This document shows positions 18,538 to 28,450 of a stretch of DNA of 64,000 nt, piece after piece (position 1 is the first letter of the stretch; each line of letters opens with the position of its first letter). The stretch is taken from positions 1,147-65,146 of the IMG/VR virus record IMGVR_UViG_3300025120_009952; one strand, given 5' to 3'. A model generated the notes under the pieces. It was given only the letters and a program-made list of their open reading frames with translations, made no database searches and was not told the DNA's origin. Origin of the DNA: a virus. Its lineage: Duplodnaviria; Caudoviricetes. The position numbers were made by a program, and so were the translations under genes.

Positions 18538-19866
18538 TTATCCTATTGAATCCCACCAATCTAATAAACGCTGGTCTTGTGAAAATATTTTTTCAAGAGT
18601 TAATTTTTTGTAATCGCGCCTAATGGCGCCTATTCTTTCTTGTTTCATCTTGCCATCTAACCAACCCTTCTTATATTGATCAGGCCATGTCTCCTCAAAC
18701 ACAGGTCTGTTCTTTAATTGTTTTAGTACATCAACTAATGATTGCTGTTTTGAATCCGCCAATGGTTCAATAAAATCTAACAGTTCGTCGACTATCTCGT
18801 TTAAAAGTTTACGTGGCAAAGCAATCGGTGATAAAACTATGTCCGGAGTGAATGCAAAGGTTACTTTGGTTAACATTTCTACATTCAACTGTTTGCTAAG
18901 CCTAAACATGTTTTTTAAATCTAACAAACCAGGGGTAGTGATTGTCAAATCTAACCTCATTTGTCGTCCGTGACTTGCTATAGCACACCCACGTCTAAAG
19001 TTGTCCAACCATTTATTGTAGTCGAGTCCATCCCTTATCCATTCTCCTATCTTACCTGTGCCATCTATAGATGCACATAGTTGCCAATCTCTAAAATGGA
19101 CAAGCAAATCATCATACAGGTCAATACCTTTGTACTTTGTTCTACTTAAATTTGTATTGTATCTCACGTAAACCTTGTGAGCATCACCTTGATCTACAAT
19201 CTGTTTCATGTATTTCCAGTGTTGTTCATACATCAACGGTTCACCACCTACCCAATATATCTCTTCAACTAGATGATTATCAACTGCCGTTGCAAATTCT
19301 TTTTCAACTTCATCTTTTTGAAACTGTTTTATCTTTGATCTTGTAGGTTCAGCCATCCATGCTTGGTCCTGTGGACTCCACATGTTGTTATTGCGTTGTT
19401 CTGATTCCCAACTAGAACTTAACATATCTCCACACATCCTACATTTAAAATTACATAGATTATTAAATCGATAATCAAAACTTACCACAGGCATTTCTGT
19501 TGACCCATCAGCAGAAGTTTTCGACCAAACGTCATCTTCTTTGTGTCCGAATAGATGATTAAAGTAATCTCTATAAACATCTGTGTTCAGTAATTTGTTG
19601 TTACAAACCTGGCACTCTGGTAATTCTTCGCCTGCCATCATCCTACGTCTTACACTTTTCATGTGCTCTGAATTCCAATGTTGTTGTAAAGTTTTTGGAT
19701 TGTATTCTTTGTTGGCAGAGCCAGTGTCTATGTATTGTTCAAAACTTTCTGCTTTCTCTGTTGATGCACAACACATACGTCTTTCAGTCTGCGGAGACAA
19801 GTAGGTATGTGTCCATGGCGCCATGCACAAAGTTTTGTTGCCGTCTTTCTTTCTAAACTCCTGCAT
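18538..19866 (-). CDS. radical SAM protein with N-terminal twitch/SPASM-like domain (paralog 5)
   Basis: CMAPW..CC..CQVC, then CNFKCRMC and GGEP. Confidence 0.9.
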   Translation of the reverse strand: MQEFRKKDGNKTLCMAPWTHTYLSPQTERRMCCASTEKAESFEQYIDTGSANKEYNPKTLQQHWNSEHMKSVRRRMMAGEELPECQVCNNKLLNTDVYRDYFNHLFGHKEDDVWSKTSADGSTEMPVVSFDYRFNNLCNFKCRMCGDMLSSSWESEQRNNNMWSPQDQAWMAEPTRSKIKQFQKDEVEKEFATAVDNHLVEEIYWVGGEPLMYEQHWKYMKQIVDQGDAHKVYVRYNTNLSRTKYKGIDLYDDLLVHFRDWQLCASIDGTGKIGEWIRDGLDYNKWLDNFRRGCAIASHGRQMRLDLTITTPGLLDLKNMFRLSKQLNVEMLTKVTFAFTPDIVLSPIALPRKLLNEIVDELLDFIEPLADSKQQSLVDVLKQLKNRPVFEETWPDQYKKGWLDGKMKQERIGAIRRDYKKLTLEKIFSQDQRLLDWWDSIG

Positions 19867-21118
19867 CGATTAACATTTGATCAAGTTCTGGAAACGTCTT
19901 TGAAAAATTTTGATTCCTATACAAGTCAGTCCTATCTATCTCTGCTCTAAAATTTTTGAATGCTCTCATATCCATTACTGAATATTGGTCAATACGATTT
20001 ACAGCAGTCTTAAGTTCTTGGTGCATTCGAGTAGGTAAATTATTGTTGTTAACTTTTTCTTTTATTCTTTCTTTAACTTCTTTTGGCAACGCCGTAATAC
20101 TCATATGTCTTGGCTCATGTAGCATGTTGAAATACCAACTATCAAATTGTTTAGTTAATATCCATTGTCCCATGCCTACTAAGTTTAACACATTCAGCAC
20201 ATTTATTGTACAGCAAATTTGCGTTTCTATTGTGTTTACCTGTGATTTAATTTTATCCCACTTATCAATGTTTGCATTAACTTCTCTCCATGTTGCTGGA
20301 TATCTTTGATATTCAAATTGCTCCTCGACATCATCTATGCTGAAAGCAACATGAACTTTCTTAAAATAAGGGAAAAGTTCTAGTATTTCTTTTTCTGGAT
20401 ATTGTGTACCATTTGTATTGTAATGAATCATCTGATCTTTGCTGTATCCTAGTTCTACAGATTTTCTAAGGACTTCAAAGTGTTCTTTGATCATCATAGG
20501 TTCACCGCCTGTGAATTCCCAATACTTTACTCCGGGAAGATAGTCTTCAAGTTCTTCCCAAAATACTTTTGTCTTACGTGGCCACTGCCCCATTTGTAGT
20601 TGCCTATAGTGCTCGGACTTTTTGAGATCTTCTTTGCTGGTGCCATCTGCTTTTAGGTAATCTAACGATTCTTGTGCCCACTTAGAACTGGACCAACTGC
20701 CACATATCCTACACTTTAAATTGCATATATTTCCTAGTTTAAGATCTAAGAATTGAATTGTTTTTGGATCAGTATCTTGATAATCTATCTTATCAAAGAC
20801 CTTCGTGTACTCTAACATGTCGTAAGCAAGGATACGTTTACTTTTTCCTCCTGCTTGTTCGACACTCCAACATTTATTACAAGTGCTGGGTTTTTTCCCA
20901 TCTAAGAATTCCTGTCTCAACTTTTTCATGTAATCGCTCTGGAATGCTTGTTGCAATGAATGTTCTTGCATGTTATATGGATGTCCATTAGGTTGTGTTA
21001 TTAAATTGTCTGCAAGACAACATACTCTTGCCTCTCCATTTGGTGATGTTTCTACCGATGTCCAAGGCAAAGAACAAATAGTGCGTGGTGGGGTATAAGA
21101 TCTTTGTTTAAGCGCCAT
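19853..21118 (-). CDS. radical SAM protein with N-terminal twitch/SPASM-like domain (paralog 4)
   Basis: CSLPW..CC..CNKC, then CNLKCRIC and GGEP. Confidence 0.9.
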   Translation of the reverse strand: MALKQRSYTPPRTICSLPWTSVETSPNGEARVCCLADNLITQPNGHPYNMQEHSLQQAFQSDYMKKLRQEFLDGKKPSTCNKCWSVEQAGGKSKRILAYDMLEYTKVFDKIDYQDTDPKTIQFLDLKLGNICNLKCRICGSWSSSKWAQESLDYLKADGTSKEDLKKSEHYRQLQMGQWPRKTKVFWEELEDYLPGVKYWEFTGGEPMMIKEHFEVLRKSVELGYSKDQMIHYNTNGTQYPEKEILELFPYFKKVHVAFSIDDVEEQFEYQRYPATWREVNANIDKWDKIKSQVNTIETQICCTINVLNVLNLVGMGQWILTKQFDSWYFNMLHEPRHMSITALPKEVKERIKEKVNNNNLPTRMHQELKTAVNRIDQYSVMDMRAFKNFRAEIDRTDLYRNQNFSKTFPELDQMLIDAGV

Positions 21119-22403
21119 TCAATATTGGCTCCAACTCGGGGAAAACATCTACAGTTTTCTCACTTCTTATCAGATCGAGTTGTTCAGTCTTTTTAACGAA
21201 TGCAGGCAAGAACTTAGATTTGTCTCCCCCGTTCATAAAGTTCAGTGCAGATTCAAATCCATGCACTGCTCTTGTTAGTGGGTCTCTAGGACGTAACCAT
21301 TCGATATGTTTCCTGTACTTCTCTTCGACCTGCCTTTTCATTTCTTGCGGCAATAGATCGATTCTGTACCATAGAGGATCTTGTAAAATATTAATATTCA
21401 AATCAGCGGGTCTGATAAAACCTTTCATTACCCAATCTCTGTGAAAGTCAGGCAGATGAAACACATTAAAAATATTGAGTGTTGGAGAAATATAAAAATC
21501 GGCATGTGGAGCCACTTCCATCATACGTTCTCTGTTTGATTCTGTCTGTGCCCAGTCTGTGCCTTTACGCATTAGTTCTGCTCTTGGACCCATGGCATCC
21601 AAAGATGCACCTACACTGATGTCTGGAAAGTGTTTCCACATGTCTATGGCATCATTCTTTTTGAATGCTGTTCTGCTGAAGTTGGTGTTATAAATCAATC
21701 TTACATTAGTTTTCTTTTGTTTGATAAGTTCTTCTAATATGACATAGTGCTCTTCCATAATGAGTGGTTCGCCGCCTGCGAAATAAACCTGTTCCAAGTA
21801 AGGTATATGTTCCAACAACTGCTCCATAGCATCAGTCTTAGTTTTGCCTGCATACACTACTTTTGGTTGTGAAGGCTTGCCGTGTATCTTGACATGATCC
21901 TCGTACCAGTTTGAACTAAAAGGTATGCCACATGACCTACAACTAAAATTACATAAATTTGAAAAACGTATATCCCAATATGTCATTTCAAATCTTTCAA
22001 ACTCACCATCCTCTTTTGTTTCGTGTACTTTCTTTATGTTATGTCCAAAGTGTTGGTTGGCCGATTGACGCTGACTGAAGAAACCTGATTCTTCTTGTTC
22101 ATAGCATTTTGTACATTCTTTCAAAGGTTTGTTATCCAGCATTGCTTTCCGCATACCTTTCATGGTATCATTGTTCCATACCTCTTTCATGCTTGTTTCT
22201 TTGATGTTGCCTACTGGGTATTCATATTTTGCAAGACAACAAGGATAGGCCCTTCCATCAGGATAAGCATGTAAATGGATCCATGGGTACATACAAAAAT
22301 TATCTGACTCCATTAAAAGAAACTTTTCCTGTTCAGTCATTTCGTTCAATCCTATTTTCAAAGGCTCTTTGGACCTATAAACTTTTGATTTGCTTAGTCT
22401 CAT
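21108..22403 (-). CDS. radical SAM protein with N-terminal twitch/SPASM-like domain (paralog 3)
   Basis: CMYPW..PCC..CTKC, then CNFSCRSC and GGEP. Confidence 0.9.
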   Translation of the reverse strand: MRLSKSKVYRSKEPLKIGLNEMTEQEKFLLMESDNFCMYPWIHLHAYPDGRAYPCCLAKYEYPVGNIKETSMKEVWNNDTMKGMRKAMLDNKPLKECTKCYEQEESGFFSQRQSANQHFGHNIKKVHETKEDGEFERFEMTYWDIRFSNLCNFSCRSCGIPFSSNWYEDHVKIHGKPSQPKVVYAGKTKTDAMEQLLEHIPYLEQVYFAGGEPLIMEEHYVILEELIKQKKTNVRLIYNTNFSRTAFKKNDAIDMWKHFPDISVGASLDAMGPRAELMRKGTDWAQTESNRERMMEVAPHADFYISPTLNIFNVFHLPDFHRDWVMKGFIRPADLNINILQDPLWYRIDLLPQEMKRQVEEKYRKHIEWLRPRDPLTRAVHGFESALNFMNGGDKSKFLPAFVKKTEQLDLIRSEKTVDVFPELEPILNGA

Positions 22404-23758
22404 AATGTTTTATACCAATCTACTAGTTGTTTTGGGAAAGTATCTTCAAAGGATTTATCTCTTCTTTGATCATACTGTGCCCAAAAATGTTTAAAATCGT
22501 GTTTTAATTTTGCCTGTTCAAATGCTTCTGCATGTGGCGTTTTGACCACATCAAGGTAGTCTATAAGTCGTTGTGTTTGATTTATTTCCATCTGATGCAA
22601 TAGTTCACTATCCCTATTTTTGTCTAACCAACGTTGTAAATCTTCTTTGCGGTCTGTCCTAATATCTTCAGGCAAAACCAAAGGAGATTGAAAACTTGGA
22701 AAACGTAGAATATTTAACGTATATGTAGGAAAGTCCCTGCCATACTTGGCCTTAAGTTCTAACATATGATCTAAGAATTCAGTCAAACTAAAAAGGCACA
22801 AACTGTTTACTGTACACATCATATGGAAACCTTCTACATTGCCTTCTGAACATAGTCTATGTACGTTGCGTATCCACTGATCCCAATCCATTCCGTCCCT
22901 AATATACTCTGACTGTGCACCGACAGCCTCATTAGATGTGTAAACATGGAAATGATCTATGAAGTGAGACTTTTCTATCATCCTGTCCATCAGTGCGTCC
23001 TTTGGACACAGATTAGAATTAATTGCTAGCCTAGTATCTGACTTTCCATGATTATCTTTGAACCAATCAAATAACTTCCACATGTCTGCACTCATCATTG
23101 GTTCTCCACCGGTTACTCTTAGTTCTTGTAAAGTTCTGTGTAGATCGGCTTCCCACCATTTCCAAAATGCTTCAATGTATGGATTATACTCTTGGTATCC
23201 AAACAACTGGTTCTCATCATGTTCGTGTGTGTAATGATTCCTACCATCTGATATCAATCCTTTATAAGGCCCATCTTTTTTAAGATCCTTTACCCATGAT
23301 GTTGAAAAAGCAGGATTGCAATAAGAACATGAAAAATTACAGGTCCTGTCAAACGATATCTCTAATGTTTGTAAGTCCACATCTTCGGTATGTGGTGTGT
23401 CATATGCTGTCTGCAAATCATCATCTTGATAAATCACAGTCTTATAAACCCTGTCACTGATGTTGTTTCGGTCTATGTCTTCTATCTTCCAACAATACTC
23501 ACAGCCTTTTGGTCTGTCTCCGCACTGCATCTGTTTGCGTTGTTCTTTTTTCTCTGGAGTGTTGTGGATTAGTTTGTAGTTTTTTTTAACTTCATTGATG
23601 TCTATCTTGTGTGGCAATGGATGATGGCATGATGTTGTCATTCCAGATCCTAACCATATGGTTGCATTATACCATTTGGCCGCACAAAAACTGGCACTTT
23701 TAGGGTCGATCACTCTTTCTTTATATTGGTGATCTGTTTCATTTGGAAGTCTAGGCAT
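22400..23758 (-). CDS. radical SAM protein, CxAKW/SCHHP subtype (paralog 2)
   Basis: CAAKW..SCHHP..CEYC, then CNFSCSYC and GGEP. Confidence 0.9.
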   Translation of the reverse strand: MPRLPNETDHQYKERVIDPKSASFCAAKWYNATIWLGSGMTTSCHHPLPHKIDINEVKKNYKLIHNTPEKKEQRKQMQCGDRPKGCEYCWKIEDIDRNNISDRVYKTVIYQDDDLQTAYDTPHTEDVDLQTLEISFDRTCNFSCSYCNPAFSTSWVKDLKKDGPYKGLISDGRNHYTHEHDENQLFGYQEYNPYIEAFWKWWEADLHRTLQELRVTGGEPMMSADMWKLFDWFKDNHGKSDTRLAINSNLCPKDALMDRMIEKSHFIDHFHVYTSNEAVGAQSEYIRDGMDWDQWIRNVHRLCSEGNVEGFHMMCTVNSLCLFSLTEFLDHMLELKAKYGRDFPTYTLNILRFPSFQSPLVLPEDIRTDRKEDLQRWLDKNRDSELLHQMEINQTQRLIDYLDVVKTPHAEAFEQAKLKHDFKHFWAQYDQRRDKSFEDTFPKQLVDWYKTL

Positions 23759-24800
23759 GTTGCTGTATATCTATCTCCTCTTCGCTCATAATCCACTCAT
23801 ACGTGGTTTTATGCTTATCTACAATTATAGCATAGATGTTGTTGTAACTGTTTAGTTTTTTGATAATATCCATCTGTACGGCAGATCCAAAAGGTTTGAT
23901 GTTGATGTCACCGATCCATGGTTTGCCTACCCTAGTCAAGGCCGGTTCATGTTGACGTATCCCGCGATCATACAACCATTTCCAATACCGTGTTTCCGTC
24001 ATCTTTCTATCTTCTCGTGTCTGTGAACTCCCAAGGTATATTTGAAAGTCAGGAATGATGTGTGTTGGAGCAAAAAGTTCTTCATTGTGGATGTGATCGT
24101 CATTATCATTGAATGCGTCCCAATATAATTTCCCCACAGTGCCGTCGGCAATGAAAACTTTGCCAAACTCATACCTGTCATTGAAACTTTTATCATCTTC
24201 TTGTGTATATTGTTCGTACAGATCAGTGTAATACTGTACATGTATTTCAGGGTTATACCATTGTGCTCTGTGCCATCGTTTGTATTCTTCTCCCCAATGG
24301 AAGAGTTCGTGTGCAAGATTATTCAATTTGCTTATCTGCCAACGAATATTCGGAGGTGCTATGTCAAAATAAGGAGAAACACTTACTGTGTCATCAATTT
24401 TTTTAACACCCTCCAACTGGACAAATTTATCATGCAGTTGATTAACAACATCTATGTTAAAACTTTTGCCATCTATCAAATTCTCTACTGTCAGATCCAA
24501 ATCAACATTGAAGTCTGTTGTAATTCTGTTGTCCTGCAATTCCCAGGCCTTTTTAGCAAAGTTAAATTTGTTAATAGCATCTACCCTTGTGTGTAATTCA
24601 TCTACAATGTGCCTAAGTGTCCTTGACTGGTCCATAATCCAACCATGATGTGAAACATGTTTTTTAATTGGAGTTTTAGCATCCAGTGTGCGTTTTAAAA
24701 GATCTATCCATTTATTGGCAGTAGGAGTATCATACACATCAATCTCTATTTCGATTTGATCTTTGATGTTGTTTTGTTTGCTTAAAATTACCCTTACCAT
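23751..24800 (-). CDS. hypothetical protein embedded in the radical SAM array
   Basis: 349-aa ORF overlapping both neighbours; His/Glu helical motifs NQLHDKF and LNNLAHE. Confidence 0.75.
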   Translation of the reverse strand: MVRVILSKQNNIKDQIEIEIDVYDTPTANKWIDLLKRTLDAKTPIKKHVSHHGWIMDQSRTLRHIVDELHTRVDAINKFNFAKKAWELQDNRITTDFNVDLDLTVENLIDGKSFNIDVVNQLHDKFVQLEGVKKIDDTVSVSPYFDIAPPNIRWQISKLNNLAHELFHWGEEYKRWHRAQWYNPEIHVQYYTDLYEQYTQEDDKSFNDRYEFGKVFIADGTVGKLYWDAFNDNDDHIHNEELFAPTHIIPDFQIYLGSSQTREDRKMTETRYWKWLYDRGIRQHEPALTRVGKPWIGDINIKPFGSAVQMDIIKKLNSYNNIYAIIVDKHKTTYEWIMSEEEIDIQQHA

Positions 24801-26233
24801 CTATTTGATTCCATTTCGCATATGTCAAAAAACTGTTGCATCTCTGGAAATACTTCTCTGATGTTCAGATTGTGACGTGCATCATACTCTTTAAAAAATT
24901 TATGGAAATCGGCTCTCTTTCGACTCCTGTCATGAGATCCTTTTCTCATGTATGCTAGATCTCTTTCCATACGTTGTATTTCAAAATCTTTTATACAATG
25001 CAATCTATTATCTCTGGTTTCAATGTTTTCTTTCATCCATTCAATTGCTTCTTCGTGTACTGTCTGATATGACTCGGGAAGTATTTGTATGTTCTGCCAA
25101 TCAGGTTCACGCAACAATGGTGTGTCGAACCATATGCGTTGATAATCATGAGAATGTTTTTTGCGTAGTTCTAATATGCCTTGTAATAGTTTTTTAATAC
25201 CTACAATGCTTAAATTGTTGTATGTTATAATAAACGTAATAGAATTGCGTCCTGGAATTTCTGTTAAAAATTGATCCACGTGATCCCACATACGATCAAA
25301 ATCCAATCCACGTCTAATGTATTCTGCTTGTGTACCCCATGTGTCTATGCTTACAAAGTTCATAAAATGTTCTACGTTGTCTTTTGCACATATACGTTTG
25401 ACATAATCCAAATACTTGTCCCATAACTTTTCATTAGGTGGACAAAAGTTCGAAGTAACGTTGAGATGTAGATCAGGTTTGGGATTTGCCAAAACCCAAT
25501 CAAATACTTTGTATGTGTTCTTGTCCATCATGGGTTCGCCACCAGTCATTCTAAAGTGTTTTAGATCTTTGTACATGTCTGGCCACCATTTCCAAAATGC
25601 ATCTACATATGGATTTTCTTCTCTGGCTGGTACTGGCCTGTTTCTACCTGTGAAATGTTCTGGCGCATTGTGTTCTTTTATTGTAGGATATGCTCCATGC
25701 TTGTCTATTTCTTGTCCCCAAGTAGTAGAAAACTGTGGGGAACAGTAAGTACATGCAAAGTTACAAGCATGATTGAAGTTGACTTCAACGTATCTTGGAT
25801 TGATGTTCTTTTCATACCCACCTTGTTCTATTTTATCAAAGTCCATCATTGCCCATGGCTCGCCGGATCTATAATGTCTATCAGAATAGTTTCCTGTATC
25901 TTCTATGTTCCAACAATAAGAACATTCCGCAGGACGTTCTCCTTCTATCATTTTTTTACGTTGTTGTTTTTTGTGTGCTGTATTGTGTAAGGCCGCAGGA
26001 TCTTTTGCAACTTCATCAGCATCTATCTTGTGTAGAGGCGGATGGTAACAGGAATTATTAAGTCCTGTTGGTAGATGCAATGATACCTGCGACCATTTAG
26101 CCAAACACATGGAAGGTGATATACTGTCAAGTTTGTCTTTGGCTAATCTCGCTGAACGGAGGAAGTCAGACTCTAACTGTCCGTCTTGTTCGTGGACTGT
26201 ATCGCCTTTGATGTTGTCTGCGACATCAGTCAT
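24794..26233 (-). CDS. radical SAM protein, CxAKW/SCYHP subtype (paralog 1)
   Basis: CLAKW..SCYHP..CSYC, then CNFACTYC and GGEP. Confidence 0.9.
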   Translation of the reverse strand: MTDVADNIKGDTVHEQDGQLESDFLRSARLAKDKLDSISPSMCLAKWSQVSLHLPTGLNNSCYHPPLHKIDADEVAKDPAALHNTAHKKQQRKKMIEGERPAECSYCWNIEDTGNYSDRHYRSGEPWAMMDFDKIEQGGYEKNINPRYVEVNFNHACNFACTYCSPQFSTTWGQEIDKHGAYPTIKEHNAPEHFTGRNRPVPAREENPYVDAFWKWWPDMYKDLKHFRMTGGEPMMDKNTYKVFDWVLANPKPDLHLNVTSNFCPPNEKLWDKYLDYVKRICAKDNVEHFMNFVSIDTWGTQAEYIRRGLDFDRMWDHVDQFLTEIPGRNSITFIITYNNLSIVGIKKLLQGILELRKKHSHDYQRIWFDTPLLREPDWQNIQILPESYQTVHEEAIEWMKENIETRDNRLHCIKDFEIQRMERDLAYMRKGSHDRSRKRADFHKFFKEYDARHNLNIREVFPEMQQFFDICEMESNRW

Positions 26234-27173
26234 TCATTCTCTTAAACACTTCTGTTTCTGTGGTCATTAACTTGAAAGTGTTTTCCCTTTTCATTTGTTT
26301 TTTGAAAAATTTACTTGCTTCGTCATCTAACAGTGTGATGTCCAAATCCAGTGTGTGTTTGATTTGATTGCCATACATTTGTACCTTGTCATACAACCAA
26401 TCATCTGTTACATTGTCATAATCTTGTTCCTGCCAATACTTGTTGAGCCATTTAAAATCTCTAACATCGACAAAGTCCCAATCTGAGTGTGTTACTTTGT
26501 GGCAACCTTCTCTTGCACCCAGTATTGCCCACAATCCGTAATCAACATCTGCTCCTACACTCATCCAGACACAAAGGTTGTTTAGATTTTGTCTGTAAAT
26601 TTTTTCTTTGAATTCAGGATTAGCAACTCTTTCACCCCTGTCCAAACTCATCTTTACACCTTCTCTGAACCCGGCACGCCATGCGTGTAGTTTAGATCCA
26701 TTTGGGTGTGATGTTGAATAGACATTGTGCATTGGCATATATTTGCCATGAGCACCTCCATAACAAAATTCTATTTTTGCTTCTGGATCTCCTTCTTCAG
26801 AGTTTTCATGACTGTTCATGTTTGCAACAAACTGTCTAGTCCAACTAGACAAGCCTCCATTGCCATACATTAATCCATTAATGATGTTGTATCCACGCCA
26901 ACGGAAAGTGGCATGTTCTGTTTCATCTGTTATTGTTAATTGTTGATTAAAGAAATTTGGGTCAACTGTGTTGTCACCGTCTACCAAAATAAATCTCTCT
27001 GTCTCTGACTGAAGGCCGGCGGCCCTGTGAGCATTGTCAGAACCATCCACACCGTGAACTCTTTTGGCCCATGGTACTTTGTTCAATAGATCTGCCCAGA
27101 ACTCTTCGCACTGTGGCTCATCATAACTAAGATAGATTACATCTAGTTCCGCAATATCTAAGATACTATTCAC
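26226..27173 (-). CDS. GT-A fold glycosyltransferase-like protein
   Basis: DVIYLSYDEP, KRVHGV.G...AH, VDGD (DxD), YGNGG, AWRAGFREGVK. Confidence 0.65.
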   Translation of the reverse strand: MNSILDIAELDVIYLSYDEPQCEEFWADLLNKVPWAKRVHGVDGSDNAHRAAGLQSETERFILVDGDNTVDPNFFNQQLTITDETEHATFRWRGYNIINGLMYGNGGLSSWTRQFVANMNSHENSEEGDPEAKIEFCYGGAHGKYMPMHNVYSTSHPNGSKLHAWRAGFREGVKMSLDRGERVANPEFKEKIYRQNLNNLCVWMSVGADVDYGLWAILGAREGCHKVTHSDWDFVDVRDFKWLNKYWQEQDYDNVTDDWLYDKVQMYGNQIKHTLDLDITLLDDEASKFFKKQMKRENTFKLMTTETEVFKRMND

Positions 27174-27624
27174 TGTCTTTGTAGACGTCGTTGTTTTCTA
27201 AATATTCTGTAAGTCTTTGTTTTTCTGCCTCGAAGTTTTCACTAGTGATTTCCATAGTATCTATAACTAGATCTGGCTCACCTCTAACAGTTACAAAATA
27301 AACACCCGATACAATATCATCTGTGTGGGTAACTTGTCCTACTCGTGCGTCACTGGCTTTGTATATGTTATGTTCATTTAATTTCAATTCAAGTTTTTCG
27401 TTAATGACATGATATTCCCTTGTATATTTTTTGCCCTCTATGAATAACTTTCCAACATTAGGCTGTACTTCTATATAAGGGTCGCTTGATGTTGTAGACG
27501 CTTCAGCGCCGATTTGTGTAATACTGCCATTGTTTGCTGGGTCATAGTGTATCCTCCATGCCTTACTTGGCTTAGAGTCATCCCAATTAAATCCTTTAAT
27601 TGCTTCTAGTAGTTCATCGCTCAT
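27166..27624 (-). CDS. hypothetical protein
   Basis: 152-aa ORF overlapping both neighbours. Confidence 0.7.
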   Translation of the reverse strand: MSDELLEAIKGFNWDDSKPSKAWRIHYDPANNGSITQIGAEASTTSSDPYIEVQPNVGKLFIEGKKYTREYHVINEKLELKLNEHNIYKASDARVGQVTHTDDIVSGVYFVTVRGEPDLVIDTMEITSENFEAEKQRLTEYLENNDVYKDSE

Positions 27625-28450
27625 TGTATATCTCCTTCAATGTATCTATCATCTTTTCTTTTAGAAATGATTTATTTTGGTAGTGAAAAGGCCCTGACTG
27701 GACAAAGCCACCAACATTAAGTCCCTTCTTGCTTAGATTCACAGGCAAACATCTCAGCCAGTTTGTATCAGGTGCTTCTACATCGTTCCAATCTTGTATT
27801 TTTGTTTTCATGTGTGTAAAATATGGTAGTGAATAAGTTTTATTATACACTACGTCGTCTAGATCGAGCAAGTATGCTGTGATACCAAATATCTCATCTG
27901 TGGTTGGGTGTTCTGGATACCAAGTGCCTGCAAAAAAATAATCAGCATAAAATTTATATCTTGCACTTACTTCTTTTGCTTTCTTAAAAAATTTATGTGC
28001 TAATTCTGAATATCTATAATAATAAATTCCGTTATACAACTTTGGCAAATCTTTCTTCTCGAAGTGCTTTCTATAAAAATCACTTGTTGCTATGTTACCT
28101 CTGTAGTCCTTGACATATGAAGTAAAGAATAATTCATGCTGTTGTAACTCATTCCACCACCAGTCAATATTGGATGTGAAAATCATGTCTGCTTCTACAT
28201 GGATAGTTTCCTTGTATGGACTCAGATCCCATATTTGCCATTCGTTTTGCATAGGATGTGTCAATCCAACATTTTTTATTTCAACAACATGATCAAAAAC
28301 TGGTGTGTAGTCTTCTGGTATAACATCTTTAGATGAAATCGCAATACACACTGAATTGATTTCTTGCGTGTTCTTAATACTAAGAGCCAGTGCATAAGCA
28401 TTCTTAATATATTCTTCACCAGACGCAAATATGAAATATCCCCTATTCAT
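27614..28450 (-). CDS. GT8-like glycosyltransferase
   Basis: Y...A..LALSIK, LSPYKETIHVEAD (ExD), TDE, FTHMK, FHY. Confidence 0.6.
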   Translation of the reverse strand: MNRGYFIFASGEEYIKNAYALALSIKNTQEINSVCIAISSKDVIPEDYTPVFDHVVEIKNVGLTHPMQNEWQIWDLSPYKETIHVEADMIFTSNIDWWWNELQQHELFFTSYVKDYRGNIATSDFYRKHFEKKDLPKLYNGIYYYRYSELAHKFFKKAKEVSARYKFYADYFFAGTWYPEHPTTDEIFGITAYLLDLDDVVYNKTYSLPYFTHMKTKIQDWNDVEAPDTNWLRCLPVNLSKKGLNVGGFVQSGPFHYQNKSFLKEKMIDTLKEIYNER

